Assembly (NCBI GenBank): GCA_963555985.3
Contig: OY820591.1
Span: forward strand, 736,001 to 800,000
DNA from: Dehalococcoidia bacterium
Lineage (GTDB): Bacteria > Chloroflexota > Dehalococcoidia > Bin125
Length of the DNA stretch: 64,000 bases
Direction: 5' to 3'
A program made the translations under genes and the position numbers. Below the pieces are notes generated by a model. The model was not told the DNA's origin. It made no database searches and saw nothing but the letters and a program-made list of their open reading frames with translations. Shown here one piece after another: positions 41,260 to 51,179 of the stretch (positions are counted from its first letter, which is position 1; each line of letters begins with the position of its first letter).

Positions 41260-42561
41260 ATGGATAGTGGCAATACGGCCTGGTTGCTGACGTCGTCGGC
41301 GTTGGTGCTGTTGATGACGCCCGGGCTCGCGTTCTTCTACAGCGGGCTGGTGCGGACCAAGAGCGCGGCGGCGACGATCATGCAGTCGTTCATCATGATC
41401 GGCGTGGCCTCGATCGTCTGGGTAATGTGGGGCTACTCGCTCGCGTTCGGCGACGGCGCGCTGTCCGGTTTCGTGGGCGACTTGCAGCACTTCGGTCTGC
41501 GCGAGGTGGATGATCTCGCGTTCATGGTGTTCCAGCTGATGTTCGCGATTATCACGCCGGCGCTGATCACGGGCGCGTTCGTGGAGCGGATTTCGTTCAA
41601 GGCGCTGCTGGTCTTCACGGTCGCCTGGATCACCTTCGTCTACGCGCCGATCTGCCACTGGGTCTGGTCGGCGGACGGCTGGTTGCTGGATCTGGGCGCG
41701 GCGGACTTCGCGGGCGGCACGGTCGTGCACATCAACGCCGGCGCTGCGGCGCTGGCGGGGGCGCTGTTCGTGGGACGGCGGCGGGACAGCGTGGCGGAGA
41801 CGAGTCCGCACGATGTCTCGAAGGTGGTCTTGGGCGCGGGGCTGCTCTGGTTCGGCTGGTTCGGATTCAACGCGGGTTCGGCGCTGGCTGCCGACGGCCT
41901 CGCCGTCAACGCTTTCGTGCAAACGCAGATTTCGGCTGCGGCCGGAGCGGTCGCGTGGGCGGTGCTGAGTTGGCGCTACACCGGGCAACCCTCGATTGTG
42001 GGCGCGGCCACCGGCGCGGTGGCCGGGCTGGTCGCGATCACGCCGGCGGCGGGGTTCGTTGGTCTCTGGCCGGCGACGGACGGTTATCTGAATGCGATGC
42101 CGGCGATCATGATTGGGGCGGTGGCGAGCGTGGGCGGTTTCTACGCGGTGCGAGCGCTGCATAGCTGGCGCGACATGGACGACACGCTGGATGTGTTCGC
42201 GGTGCACGGCATCGGCGGGATCTGGGGCGCGTTTGCGACAGGGCTGTTCGCCGTGGCCGCGATTAATGGCGTCTCCGGCGCGATCGAGGGCGGCTGGGAT
42301 CTGGTCTGGAAGCAGATCGTGGGGATTTTGGTGGCGCTGGCCTGGTCGCTGGTGCTGTCCTCGGTGATCTTGTGGGTGATCGGGCGCTTCATGCCGCTGC
42401 GTGTTGACGCGGACGCAGAGTTGCTCGGACTTGACCGTGCGGAGCACAACGAACCGGCCTACCGCTTCGATGAGATCGGCTTCGGCTGGGCGGCGAGCGA
42501 ACAGACCGAGGACGATGATCTCGTCACCGGCTTCCGCGCGTTGAGGAGGCTGCTGCCATGA
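41260..42561 (+). CDS. amtB: Ammonium transporter
   Basis: MTPGLAFFY, DFAGGTVVH, WFGWFGFNAGS, DDTLDVFAVHG. Confidence 0.95.
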   Translation: MDSGNTAWLLTSSALVLLMTPGLAFFYSGLVRTKSAAATIMQSFIMIGVASIVWVMWGYSLAFGDGALSGFVGDLQHFGLREVDDLAFMVFQLMFAIITPALITGAFVERISFKALLVFTVAWITFVYAPICHWVWSADGWLLDLGAADFAGGTVVHINAGAAALAGALFVGRRRDSVAETSPHDVSKVVLGAGLLWFGWFGFNAGSALAADGLAVNAFVQTQISAAAGAVAWAVLSWRYTGQPSIVGAATGAVAGLVAITPAAGFVGLWPATDGYLNAMPAIMIGAVASVGGFYAVRALHSWRDMDDTLDVFAVHGIGGIWGAFATGLFAVAAINGVSGAIEGGWDLVWKQIVGILVALAWSLVLSSVILWVIGRFMPLRVDADAELLGLDRAEHNEPAYRFDEIGFGWAASEQTEDDDLVTGFRALRRLLP

Positions 42562-42899
42562 AAAAGATCGAGGCTGTGATTCGGCCCGAGGCGCTGGAGA
42601 ACGTGAAACAGGGTCTGCTGGAGGCTGGGCATACCGGTCTGCACGCGGAGAACGTGGTCGGTCACGGGCACCAGGGCGGCATCGTCCGGAGCGGACGCGG
42701 CGGCCAGTTCTACGTGATCGACATGATCCCGAAGGTCAAGCTGATTGTGGTCGTGACCGAAGACAAGCTCGAGGGTGCGATCGACGCAATTATCGAACGG
42801 GCGCGGACACCGCAGACCGGCGACGGCAAGATCTTCATCTCCGAAGTCCACGATGCGGTGCGGGTGCGTACCGGGGAGCGCGGGCCTGAGGTCCTGTAG
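42558..42899 (+). CDS. glnK: P-II nitrogen regulator
   Basis: MKKIEAVIRP, GDGKIF, RVRTGERG; overlaps amtB stop. Confidence 0.9.
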   Translation: MKKIEAVIRPEALENVKQGLLEAGHTGLHAENVVGHGHQGGIVRSGRGGQFYVIDMIPKVKLIVVVTEDKLEGAIDAIIERARTPQTGDGKIFISEVHDAVRVRTGERGPEVL

Positions 42900-42922
42900 G
42901 CCCGCGACCGCGCGATCGGGAC

Positions 42923-45478
42923 TCAGTAGACGACCTGCTCGATCAGCAGATCGACGTAGCGCTCATCGTCGATCCCGAACTCGCCCTTGAGGATTTCTTC
43001 GGAGTGTTCGCCCAACTCCGGCGACGGTCTCGTTCCCAAACGCGCGCCGTTCCAGGTGAACGGCTGGTGCTGAATGATGAAGGGGATGTCGCCGCGCTTG
43101 AAGCGGAAGAAGAGTCCGGCGGCGCCGGTATCGGTTTCGGCGAGGTCGCCAGCCGTCTCTGCGGGCGCGGCGGGAATGCCGCGCGCCTGAAGCTTGGCGC
43201 TCGCGGCCCAGACGTCTTGGGCGGCGGACCAGCTTGAGACGGCGGCGTCCAGCTCGTCCTCGACGGCTTTGCGGCCGGCCAGGCTGAGCAGCTCGGGCCG
43301 GGCGGCGAGATCGTCGCGGCCGATGATTTCGCAGAGCGCTCGCCATTCGGCGCGGTTGCGAACCGCAATCGCCAACCAGCGGTCATCGCCCGCAGCCGGG
43401 AAGAGACCGTGGGGCGCGTACTCGTTCGAGCGGTTGCCGATGCGGGGGGCGTCGACGCCGTTGAGGAGCGCGTCCATCAGTTCGTGGTCGAGCAGGTGGA
43501 CGGCGGCTTCGTATTGGGCGATCTCGATCTCCTGGCCTTCGCCGGTGCGCTCGCGGTGGATCAGGGCGGCGATGATCTGGGAGGCGGCAATCGGCGCGAG
43601 GGTGAAGTCGGTGTGCAGCGAGCCCAGGCCGATCGGGGCGCGGTCGGGCGGGCCGGTGTGTCCGGCGACGCCGGACATGGCGGTCACGCCGTTGCCGATG
43701 CCGCGATAGGCCTTCTTCGGCCCGAACGTGCCCATCACCGGGAACGATGTGTAGATGATGTCGGGCTTGATCGCTCGCAGTTCGTCGTAGGTGAGGCCGA
43801 ACTTCTCCATCGCGCCCGGGGCGAAGTTGTTGGTCACGATGTCGAAGTGGGGCAGCATTTCGAGTGCGAGTGCGCGCGCTTTGGGGTGGTGGAGGTTGAG
43901 CGTGAGGCTGCGCTTGTCGGTGTTGGTGTCGTTGAAGAAGGCGCCGGTATCGATCGTGAAGCCGCGCGGCGGGTGGCAGAACTCACGCACGGTGTCGAGG
44001 CCGGAGGCCGATTCGATCTTGACCACATCGGCGCCGAGATTCGCCAGCATCTCGGTGATCAGCGGCCCCGCTGCCATCCAGCAGAAGTCGAGCACGCGCA
44101 CGCCGGCGAGCGGGAGGCCGGACTCAGGCGCCGGGTCCAGCGTGAGCGGGGCGCGTGCGGCGGGCTGAACGCTTGCGCTTGGCTTCTCACCGCGGACCAG
44201 ACCGAGGTCAATCAGCGCACTGATTTCGTTCGCGGAGCAACCGGCGAGGTCTCGCAGGGCGGCTGCCGAATGCTGTCCGAGCGCGGGAGCGGGGCGTGGG
44301 TTGTGGGGCAGCGCGGTGGAGCGGTAGGGAGTGCGCGGCAGCGGCAGGGTTCGTTCGAGCGCGGGATGCTCGACTTGGGGGAAGAATCCGCGTGCGTGCA
44401 GATGCTCCTCGTTGGCGATATCGAGGGCGGTTTGGACGGGGAGGCCAAGATCGCCGTTGGCCTGAGCGCGCCGGATGAGCTCGGCGCGGGGTTGCGCGGC
44501 GCAGAAGCGCTCGGTGAATTCTTGCATCTCGTCGCGGTGCGCGACGCGGTACATCAGGTCCGTCCAGGGTTCATGCAAGAGCTGATCGTCGCCGGTGACC
44601 TCGGCGTACCACTCGGGGAAGTCCTTCCAGGTGGTGTTGGTGGGCGATTGCAGGTAGGTGACCCAGAGGTCGTCGGAGGTGCGGTAGGTGGTTCCCGGGG
44701 TGTCGATGAAGACGATTTCGCCGTCCTCGAAACTGCCCCGCTCGAATGAGCCGGCTCCGGTACCGACGACGGGATAGCGCAGGCCGCCGGTTCCGGTGCG
44801 TTCGGCGACCATGCCGTGCCAGAGGTAGAGGTTCGGATTGGCGGCCTGGATGATCGTGGAGGCGACCGCTTCCTGGAGGCTGATCGTGGCGTGGACCGAA
44901 GCGCCGCCGCGCGCCTGCTGGAAGATGCTAGAGACGCTCGCAACCGTGGCCAGATATGAGGCTTGCTTGTAGCCCAACTTGCCGACGGGATAGTCGGGCG
45001 ACAGGTCGGGAAAGCCGTTGCAGACGAGCTGGCTGCCGGCGGCCATGGCGATCAGGTCGGTGGCTTGCTGTTGCGGGTGTTCGCGGCGGAAGACGACATC
45101 GATCAAGCTCGGGCCGCTGCCGCTCGCGGCGCGTTGCCCGAGTCCGGCGAAGAAATCGCGCGCGACCTCGTGCTGCTCGATCGGCGCGATGATGATGTCC
45201 GCCGAATTGCTCATCTGCTCGATCAGCTCCCACGCCGCCGGGTCGGACAGGTCGAGCGCGAGCGACTCCTTGCCCTGGTTGTAGAGCAAGTGTCGGAGGG
45301 CGCGCTCGTTGCCGGGCGTTCCGTCGAGCCAGGGTCCGGTGCGGCGGATGTAGTCGCCGGTGGCGGATTCGATCCGGATGACGCGAGCGCCCAGATCTAC
45401 GAGATAGCGTCCGGCGATGATCAGCGGCTCGTCGGAGAGGTCGAGGACGGTTGCGCCGTCGAGGGGTGGGGTGGTCAT
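42923..45478 (-). CDS. Fused double family III CoA-transferase
   Basis: Two CaiB/BaiF repeats: PLDGATVLDL...NQGKES and PLAGVRVLDF...NTDKRS. Confidence 0.9.
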   Translation of the reverse strand: MTTPPLDGATVLDLSDEPLIIAGRYLVDLGARVIRIESATGDYIRRTGPWLDGTPGNERALRHLLYNQGKESLALDLSDPAAWELIEQMSNSADIIIAPIEQHEVARDFFAGLGQRAASGSGPSLIDVVFRREHPQQQATDLIAMAAGSQLVCNGFPDLSPDYPVGKLGYKQASYLATVASVSSIFQQARGGASVHATISLQEAVASTIIQAANPNLYLWHGMVAERTGTGGLRYPVVGTGAGSFERGSFEDGEIVFIDTPGTTYRTSDDLWVTYLQSPTNTTWKDFPEWYAEVTGDDQLLHEPWTDLMYRVAHRDEMQEFTERFCAAQPRAELIRRAQANGDLGLPVQTALDIANEEHLHARGFFPQVEHPALERTLPLPRTPYRSTALPHNPRPAPALGQHSAAALRDLAGCSANEISALIDLGLVRGEKPSASVQPAARAPLTLDPAPESGLPLAGVRVLDFCWMAAGPLITEMLANLGADVVKIESASGLDTVREFCHPPRGFTIDTGAFFNDTNTDKRSLTLNLHHPKARALALEMLPHFDIVTNNFAPGAMEKFGLTYDELRAIKPDIIYTSFPVMGTFGPKKAYRGIGNGVTAMSGVAGHTGPPDRAPIGLGSLHTDFTLAPIAASQIIAALIHRERTGEGQEIEIAQYEAAVHLLDHELMDALLNGVDAPRIGNRSNEYAPHGLFPAAGDDRWLAIAVRNRAEWRALCEIIGRDDLAARPELLSLAGRKAVEDELDAAVSSWSAAQDVWAASAKLQARGIPAAPAETAGDLAETDTGAAGLFFRFKRGDIPFIIQHQPFTWNGARLGTRPSPELGEHSEEILKGEFGIDDERYVDLLIEQVVY

Positions 45479-45532
45479 GGTTGGCTCCGGGCGGGGTTGG
45501 GTGTTGGGGGGTGGTTCCGTGCTGTGGGGGCA

Positions 45533-45586
45533 CCCCCCTCTGTCCCTACGGGACATCTCCCCCCGCAAGGGGGGGAGAGGGGAGAG
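45533..45586 (-). repeat. REP family 2 copy
   Basis: cccctctgtccctacgggacatctccccccgcaaggggggagagggg. Confidence 0.75.
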
Positions 45587-45626
45587 TGCTTGTGGCGTTG
45601 CTCCCGCGTGCGTGGGAGTTGACCGA

Positions 45627-46562
45627 TCAGAACATGGCGATTGGGTTGATTGGGGAAGCGGTGCCTCCGACGAGGCGGAGGGGGGCGATGGTGAGGAGGA
45701 ATTCCCAGCGGTTGCGTTCGGCGCAGGCTTGGCCGAGCGGTCCGAGGCGGGCGTTGTCGATCAGGTGGACGCCCATGTAGGTAATGATGATGTGGTGGAT
45801 GGGGAGGGGCGAGCCTTCGACGTTGGAGGGGATGAGGTCGGAGACGCCGTCGCAGCCGAGGATGGCGACTTCGCGCTCGTAGATCCAGGGCAGGGTTTCC
45901 ATCATCAGTCCGGCGAGGCCGCTGAACGGCGGCCAGGCGCCTTCCGCCTCGCGGCGTGAGTCGCGGCCGGTGCGGATCAGAAGGATGTCGCCGGAGCGGA
46001 CGGTGACGTTCTGTCTCGCTTCGGCGGCTTCGAGGTCGTCCACGCTGATGCCTTCGCCCGGTTCGAGCCAATCGACGCCTTTGAGCGCGGCGATGTCGAG
46101 CAGCACGCCGCGCGTAGCGATGCCCTGCTCGCCGGCCATGATCGAGTTTTTGGTCGCGCCGGTGCTGAGCACGGCGGAGGCGTCGAAGCCGTTGTACATC
46201 TTGCCCTGGTCGAGGATGTGGCAGAGCGCGTCGATGTGGGTGTTGGCCATGCCGTGAGGCGAGATCATGAAGCCGTCGCCGGTCGCTTCGAGGCCGCGGA
46301 TCGCGCTGGCGCCGGAGACGTCGCCGGCGCCGGTCATGAAGTGCATCACCGGCGTGGGATTGTCGGCGGCGGGTGTCTTGGCGAGTTCGAGCGCGCAGGA
46401 GACGGTGACGCCCTCGCTGACGAGGGCGGCGGCCGCAGCGGAGACTCCGGGCGTGATGAAGTTGAGCGCGCCGCGTTCGTCGTCGGGGCCCCAGCGTCCC
46501 CAGTTGGAGAGTTGTTGGGCGAGGGCGTCGACATCGGCGCGGGTGGCTTGCTGGCTTGGCAT
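45627..46562 (-). CDS. Cyclase (kynurenine formamidase-like) family protein
   Basis: NWGRWGPDDERG.LN, THIDALCH, RGVLLD, GDILLIRTG, GGTASP.NP. Confidence 0.9.
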   Translation of the reverse strand: MPSQQATRADVDALAQQLSNWGRWGPDDERGALNFITPGVSAAAAALVSEGVTVSCALELAKTPAADNPTPVMHFMTGAGDVSGASAIRGLEATGDGFMISPHGMANTHIDALCHILDQGKMYNGFDASAVLSTGATKNSIMAGEQGIATRGVLLDIAALKGVDWLEPGEGISVDDLEAAEARQNVTVRSGDILLIRTGRDSRREAEGAWPPFSGLAGLMMETLPWIYEREVAILGCDGVSDLIPSNVEGSPLPIHHIIITYMGVHLIDNARLGPLGQACAERNRWEFLLTIAPLRLVGGTASPINPIAMF

Positions 46563-46657
46563 GGGCGGGGCTCCTTGGGTGCGGGAATGTGATCGCGGGC
46601 AGTATGCCAGAGCGCAGAGCGCAGAGCGCGGTGGGATGATTGGTGTTCGCGCCTATA

Positions 46658-46823
46658 GAAGGGCTTTGCCAACGTCCATCTCTGTGCATTGGGGGCTCAG
46701 AGAAGCGGATCGTGCAATGTGAGGTCGGTGGTACGACCAGATTGGGAGTGATTTCACACTTGGTTGCTTCGAGATTCCCGCCTGCGCGGGAATGACGGAA
46801 ATGGGGATTTTGCAGAGGTCTCC
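46658..46823. mobile_element. MITE with IS5/IS1106-like ends carrying a REP hairpin
   Basis: Right end ggattttgcagaggtctcc, degenerate left end, ctata on both flanks; body homologous to 59433-59590. Confidence 0.6.
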
Positions 46824-46896
46824 CTATAGTGGGCAGGATTGTCCCGGCTTGGGGGCAGTGAGCGGGCGCGGCGTGCGCCGAGGAGGCTGATCGGGC

Positions 46897-48246
46897 GTGT
46901 TAGCCGCGATTCAGGGACGGATTTTCTACGGTTGGTACATCGTCGCTGCGGGGATGGTCATCAACGCGCTGATCGGCGGGTTGGTGATGCACTCGTTCAG
47001 CTTCTATGTGGCCGAGCTGAAGGCTGAGTACCTCTGGTCGGCTTCGCTGTTCGCCTTCGCCTTCACCCTGACCCGGATCGAGAGCGGCGTGTTGGGTCCG
47101 GTCCAAGGCTGGCTGATCGACCGCTTCAGTCCACGCACAATGATGCGGCTCGGGATCGCATCAACGGCGCTCGGGCTCTTCGCCTTTAGCCGACTTTGGG
47201 ACCAGGGCAGCTTCATCGGCTTTTACTTCCTGCTCTCGGTGGGCGCGTCGGTGGGCGGGTTCATGACGATCTCGGTCGTCACCGTGACCTGGTTCGAGCG
47301 CCTACGCTCCCGCGCCCTCGGATTCATGGCGATGGGATTCGGGTTGGGAGGATTCCTGCCACCGGTCGTGGGCGCGTTGATCGATGAGATCGGTTGGCGC
47401 TGGACGGCCGTCGGCTCGGCGATCGTGATCATGGTTGTCGGACAGCTCTTGTCCACGCTGTTCGTCCGTCATCCACGCGAAAAGGGCATGTTGCCGGATG
47501 GCAGTCCGCCGGCGGTGGCAAACAGTTCTGGCGCCAGCCGGACAGCGACTGCGTTGCCCCAGAATCCGTACCGCCACCGCGATTTCACCGCGCGCGAAGC
47601 GCTCCGCACCCGCTCCTTCTGGGCGCTGGCGCTGGCTCACGGCGCGCCCCTGATGGTGGTGTCGGGGATGATGGTCTACTTCGCTACCCGGGTGCAGGAG
47701 ATCGAGGGACTGACCGCGGCGGACGCCGGTCTGGCCTGGTTCGTGATGTCTGCGTGTCAGTTGGTGGGACAGTTGACGATGGGTTATCTGGGCGACCTGA
47801 TCTCGAAGCGGCTGATCCTGCTGTTCTGCATGGTTGGGCACGGCGCGGCCGGGATCATTCTCGGCATTGCCGACAGCTATCTGCTGGTGATGCTCTGCTC
47901 AGTCGTGAACGGGCTGGCCTGGGGTGCGCGAGGACCGCTGATCACGGCGCTGCGGGCGGACTATTTCGGCGCATCGAGTTTCGGGCAGATCATGGGTTGG
48001 TCGTCGACCGTGATGATGCTGTTCATGGTCGCGGGTTCGCTCATTGTCGGCAGCGTGCGCGATATCACCGGCGACTACCAGATCGGCTTCATTGTCGTGG
48101 GTCTCGGCGCGGCGACCGGCATTCTCTGGGTCGCGATCGCCAATCGACCCCGACTCGCGCAGGTGGCCGCCGCCGCGCGCGGTCTGGTCCCGCCCGCCGC
48201 CGAGATGATCGCCGTCTCCCGCCCCAACCGCCCGTCAGGCAGCTGA
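46897..48246 (+). CDS. MFS transporter
   Basis: FYGWYIV, GWLIDRFSPR motif A, 12-TM pattern, ADYFG. Confidence 0.92.
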   Translation: MLAAIQGRIFYGWYIVAAGMVINALIGGLVMHSFSFYVAELKAEYLWSASLFAFAFTLTRIESGVLGPVQGWLIDRFSPRTMMRLGIASTALGLFAFSRLWDQGSFIGFYFLLSVGASVGGFMTISVVTVTWFERLRSRALGFMAMGFGLGGFLPPVVGALIDEIGWRWTAVGSAIVIMVVGQLLSTLFVRHPREKGMLPDGSPPAVANSSGASRTATALPQNPYRHRDFTAREALRTRSFWALALAHGAPLMVVSGMMVYFATRVQEIEGLTAADAGLAWFVMSACQLVGQLTMGYLGDLISKRLILLFCMVGHGAAGIILGIADSYLLVMLCSVVNGLAWGARGPLITALRADYFGASSFGQIMGWSSTVMMLFMVAGSLIVGSVRDITGDYQIGFIVVGLGAATGILWVAIANRPRLAQVAAAARGLVPPAAEMIAVSRPNRPSGS

Positions 48247-48283
48247 GCTTTCCGCAAGCTCGGCGCACGCTACGTTGATCTGA

Positions 48284-49594
48284 GTGTTACTCCGCTTTGT
48301 CACGGGTCGCGTCTTCTATGGCTGGTACATCGTTTCCGGCGGGATCGTGGTGCAGATCTTGCTGGGCGGGCTGGTGATGCACGCGACCGGGTTCTATGTG
48401 GCGGCGCTGAAGGAGGAGTTCGCCTGGTCGGCGACGCTGTTCGGGATCGCGCTGGCGATGACGCGGATCGAGTCGGGGGCGCTGGGACCGCTCCAAGGCT
48501 GGGCGATCGACCGCTACGGGCCGCGCACGATGATGCGGATGGGGATCGCATCGACGGCGCTGGGGCTGATTCTGTTCAGCTTCATCGAGAATCAGGCCTC
48601 CTTTTTCATCTTCTACTTCATCGTCTCGATTGGGGCGGGCGTGGGCGGGTTCATGACGCTGACGGTGGCGGTGGTGCACTGGTTCCAGCGGACGCGCTCG
48701 CGGGCGATGGGTTATCTGATGACCGGGCTGGCGTTCGGGAGCCTGATTACGCCGTTGATCTCGTTCCTGATTGAGGGCGTGGGTTGGCGGACGACTTCGT
48801 TGGGGTCGGGGATCCTGCTGTTTGTCGTCGGTCAGCTGATCGCCACGCTGATTGTGCGTCCCGGTGATCGGGGGGAGTCGCCCGAGCCGGCGCGGGCGGC
48901 GACGGTGGCGCGGCCGGGCGTGCCGGCGGAGCAGATCGTCGAGCAGCCGCGCGACTTTACGACGCGGGAGGCGATGCGCACGCGGGCGTTTTGGGCGCTG
49001 TCGTTTGCGCATGGTTCGCCGTTGCTGCTGGTGTCGGCGGTGAGCGGGTTTTTCGTCGTGCGTGTGAGTGAGATCGACGGTCTCAATGCGGGACATGCGG
49101 CGATCGCGATTGTGATTGGCACGGTCTGTCAGTTGGCGTCGCAGCTGATCGCGGGGTATGCGGGCGATTTCATCTCGAAACGGCTGATCATTGCGGTCTG
49201 TCTGGCGGGACATGCGGCGGGTGCGGTGGTGCTGGCGATTGCGGATTCGTTTGCGCTGATCGTGCTGGCGGCGGTGCTGCACTGGACGGCGTGGGGCGGG
49301 CGTGGGCCGAATATCAACTCGCTGCGGGCGGATTATTTCGGCTCGGCGAATATCGGCAAGATCATGGGTTGGGCGTCGCTCGTGATGATGGTGTATTCGG
49401 CGGGCGGGGGTCTGCTGGCGGGCGCGCTGCGCGACGTGAGCGGGGGTTGGACGCTGCCGTTCGTGGTGGTCGGGATTGGGGCGGCGAGCGGGCTGATCTG
49501 GATTGCGCTGGCGACGCGCCCGAGTCTGCCGGACTCGGCTCGCGGGGCGGCCTCAGAGGAGCGGGAGATGTCGTACTCTCAACGGCGTCGCTGA
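48284..49594 (+). CDS. MFS transporter (tandem paralog)
   Basis: FYGWYIV, GWAIDRYGPR, ADYFG; colinear with upstream MFS. Confidence 0.92.
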   Translation: MLLRFVTGRVFYGWYIVSGGIVVQILLGGLVMHATGFYVAALKEEFAWSATLFGIALAMTRIESGALGPLQGWAIDRYGPRTMMRMGIASTALGLILFSFIENQASFFIFYFIVSIGAGVGGFMTLTVAVVHWFQRTRSRAMGYLMTGLAFGSLITPLISFLIEGVGWRTTSLGSGILLFVVGQLIATLIVRPGDRGESPEPARAATVARPGVPAEQIVEQPRDFTTREAMRTRAFWALSFAHGSPLLLVSAVSGFFVVRVSEIDGLNAGHAAIAIVIGTVCQLASQLIAGYAGDFISKRLIIAVCLAGHAAGAVVLAIADSFALIVLAAVLHWTAWGGRGPNINSLRADYFGSANIGKIMGWASLVMMVYSAGGGLLAGALRDVSGGWTLPFVVVGIGAASGLIWIALATRPSLPDSARGAASEEREMSYSQRRR

Positions 49595-49621
49595 GGGTCA
49601 GCACGCAGAGGGGGATTTTCG

Positions 49622-51178
49622 ATGGAGTACGACGTCATCATTGCCGGGGCGGGATCGTCAGGAGCGGTCATGGCCGCGCGCTTGAGCGAGGATCGGTCTC
49701 GTTCGGTGTTGCTGCTGGAAGCGGGGCCGGATTTTCCGACGCTGGAGTCGCTGCCTGCGGATGTGAACAGCATTCGCGAGCCGTCGGTGGTTCTGCACGA
49801 CTGGGGGCTGAATGCGAAGTTTGTGCCCGGCCGTGAGCAGCCGCTGCCGCGGGGCAAGCTGGTCGGCGGGTCTTCGGCGGTCAACACCGGGGTGGCGATC
49901 CGAGGGGCGCCTGGGGACTACGACACCTGGGCGGAGCTGACCGGGGACGAACGCTGGGCGTGGGAGCATTGCCTGCCGTATTTCCGGGGGATCGAGGACG
50001 ACAAGGACGAGGGCGGCGATTTTCACGGTCAGAACGGTCCGATTCCGGTTCGGCGCTGGAGGCTGGACGAGATTGATCCGCTCCAGCGGGGGTTCTACGA
50101 CGCCTGTGTCACGGTTGGCTTCGAGGAGACGAACGATCAGAACGATCCGGAGAGCACGGGGATATCGACGGTGGCGATGAACCGCGACGGCCCGGAGTTG
50201 TTGACGCGCTGGTCGGCGAACATGGGCTTTCTCTCGCAGGCGCGCAAGCGGCTCAACCTGACTGTGCGCGGCGACTGCCTGGTCGATCGGGTGTTGTTTG
50301 AGGACGGCCGCGCGATTGGGCTGGTGGTGGAATGCGACGGAGAGTTGCAGACCGTCTACGGGCGCGAGATCGTGCTTTGCGCGGGCGCGATCATGAGTCC
50401 GGCGATTTTGCTGCGTTCGGGCGTGGGCCCGGCGGAGGAATTGGCGGAGCTGGGGATACCGTCGGTGGTGGACTTGCCGGGTGTGGGCAAGCACCTGATG
50501 GATCATCCGATGACGCCGCTGTTGCTGAAGCCCAAGCCGGGCGTGGTGGATCCGACGCATTCGATCATTCAGACGCTGCTGCGCTATACCTCGGCGACGG
50601 GTGAGTTTAACGACATGCAGGTGTATCTGTTGGGGCACGTGCTGGTCGCGCCGGGATCGTGGTTTGGGGCGTGGCGCGGGTCGGATGAGGGCGAGGGTCA
50701 CTGGGTGTTTGGGATCGCGCCCGGGGTGCAGTTGCCGAACTCGTACGGTTCGGTGACGCTGGCGAGCAGCGACTACCGCGAGCATCCGGTGATCGATCTG
50801 AAGTTCGATGAGGACGAGGCGGATCGGGTGCGCTTGCGCGAGGGGGCGCGTCTGGCCTGGCAGCTAGCGGGGACGCCGGAGTTGTCGCAGTATCACGAGG
50901 GCGCGATTGATCTGGATCAGGCGACGGTCGACGACGACGCGCTGCTGGATGAGTGGATTCACGCGACCTCAACGAGCATGGCGCATCCGACCTGTACGTG
51001 TCCGATGGGTCCGGATCCGGCGCAGGGAGCGGTGGTCGACTCGGAGGGTCGCGTATACGGGGTAGAGGGATTGCGCGTGGTGGACGGGAGCATCATGCCG
51101 ACGATCGTGCGCGCGAACACGAATTTCACGTGCATGATGCTCGGCGAGCGGGTCTCGGAATGGATGGACGCTGGCTGA
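49622..51178 (+). CDS. GMC-family FAD oxidoreductase
   Basis: GAGSSG, RGKLVGGSSAVN, LLRSGVG, HPTCTCPMG, NTN. Confidence 0.93.
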   Translation: MEYDVIIAGAGSSGAVMAARLSEDRSRSVLLLEAGPDFPTLESLPADVNSIREPSVVLHDWGLNAKFVPGREQPLPRGKLVGGSSAVNTGVAIRGAPGDYDTWAELTGDERWAWEHCLPYFRGIEDDKDEGGDFHGQNGPIPVRRWRLDEIDPLQRGFYDACVTVGFEETNDQNDPESTGISTVAMNRDGPELLTRWSANMGFLSQARKRLNLTVRGDCLVDRVLFEDGRAIGLVVECDGELQTVYGREIVLCAGAIMSPAILLRSGVGPAEELAELGIPSVVDLPGVGKHLMDHPMTPLLLKPKPGVVDPTHSIIQTLLRYTSATGEFNDMQVYLLGHVLVAPGSWFGAWRGSDEGEGHWVFGIAPGVQLPNSYGSVTLASSDYREHPVIDLKFDEDEADRVRLREGARLAWQLAGTPELSQYHEGAIDLDQATVDDDALLDEWIHATSTSMAHPTCTCPMGPDPAQGAVVDSEGRVYGVEGLRVVDGSIMPTIVRANTNFTCMMLGERVSEWMDAG

Positions 51179-51179
51179 C

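Noticed and set aside
43409-44749. Long antisense ORFs (also 6841-7926, 26464-28014, 35464-36609, 41134-42447, 60791-62188)
   Set aside because: Shadow frames of high-GC genes with no motifs
47060-48570. Similar segments in the two MFS genes (and the DUF1538 pair) as DGR template/variable repeats
   Set aside because: Differences are mainly synonymous and not adenine-specific; no reverse transcriptase in the window
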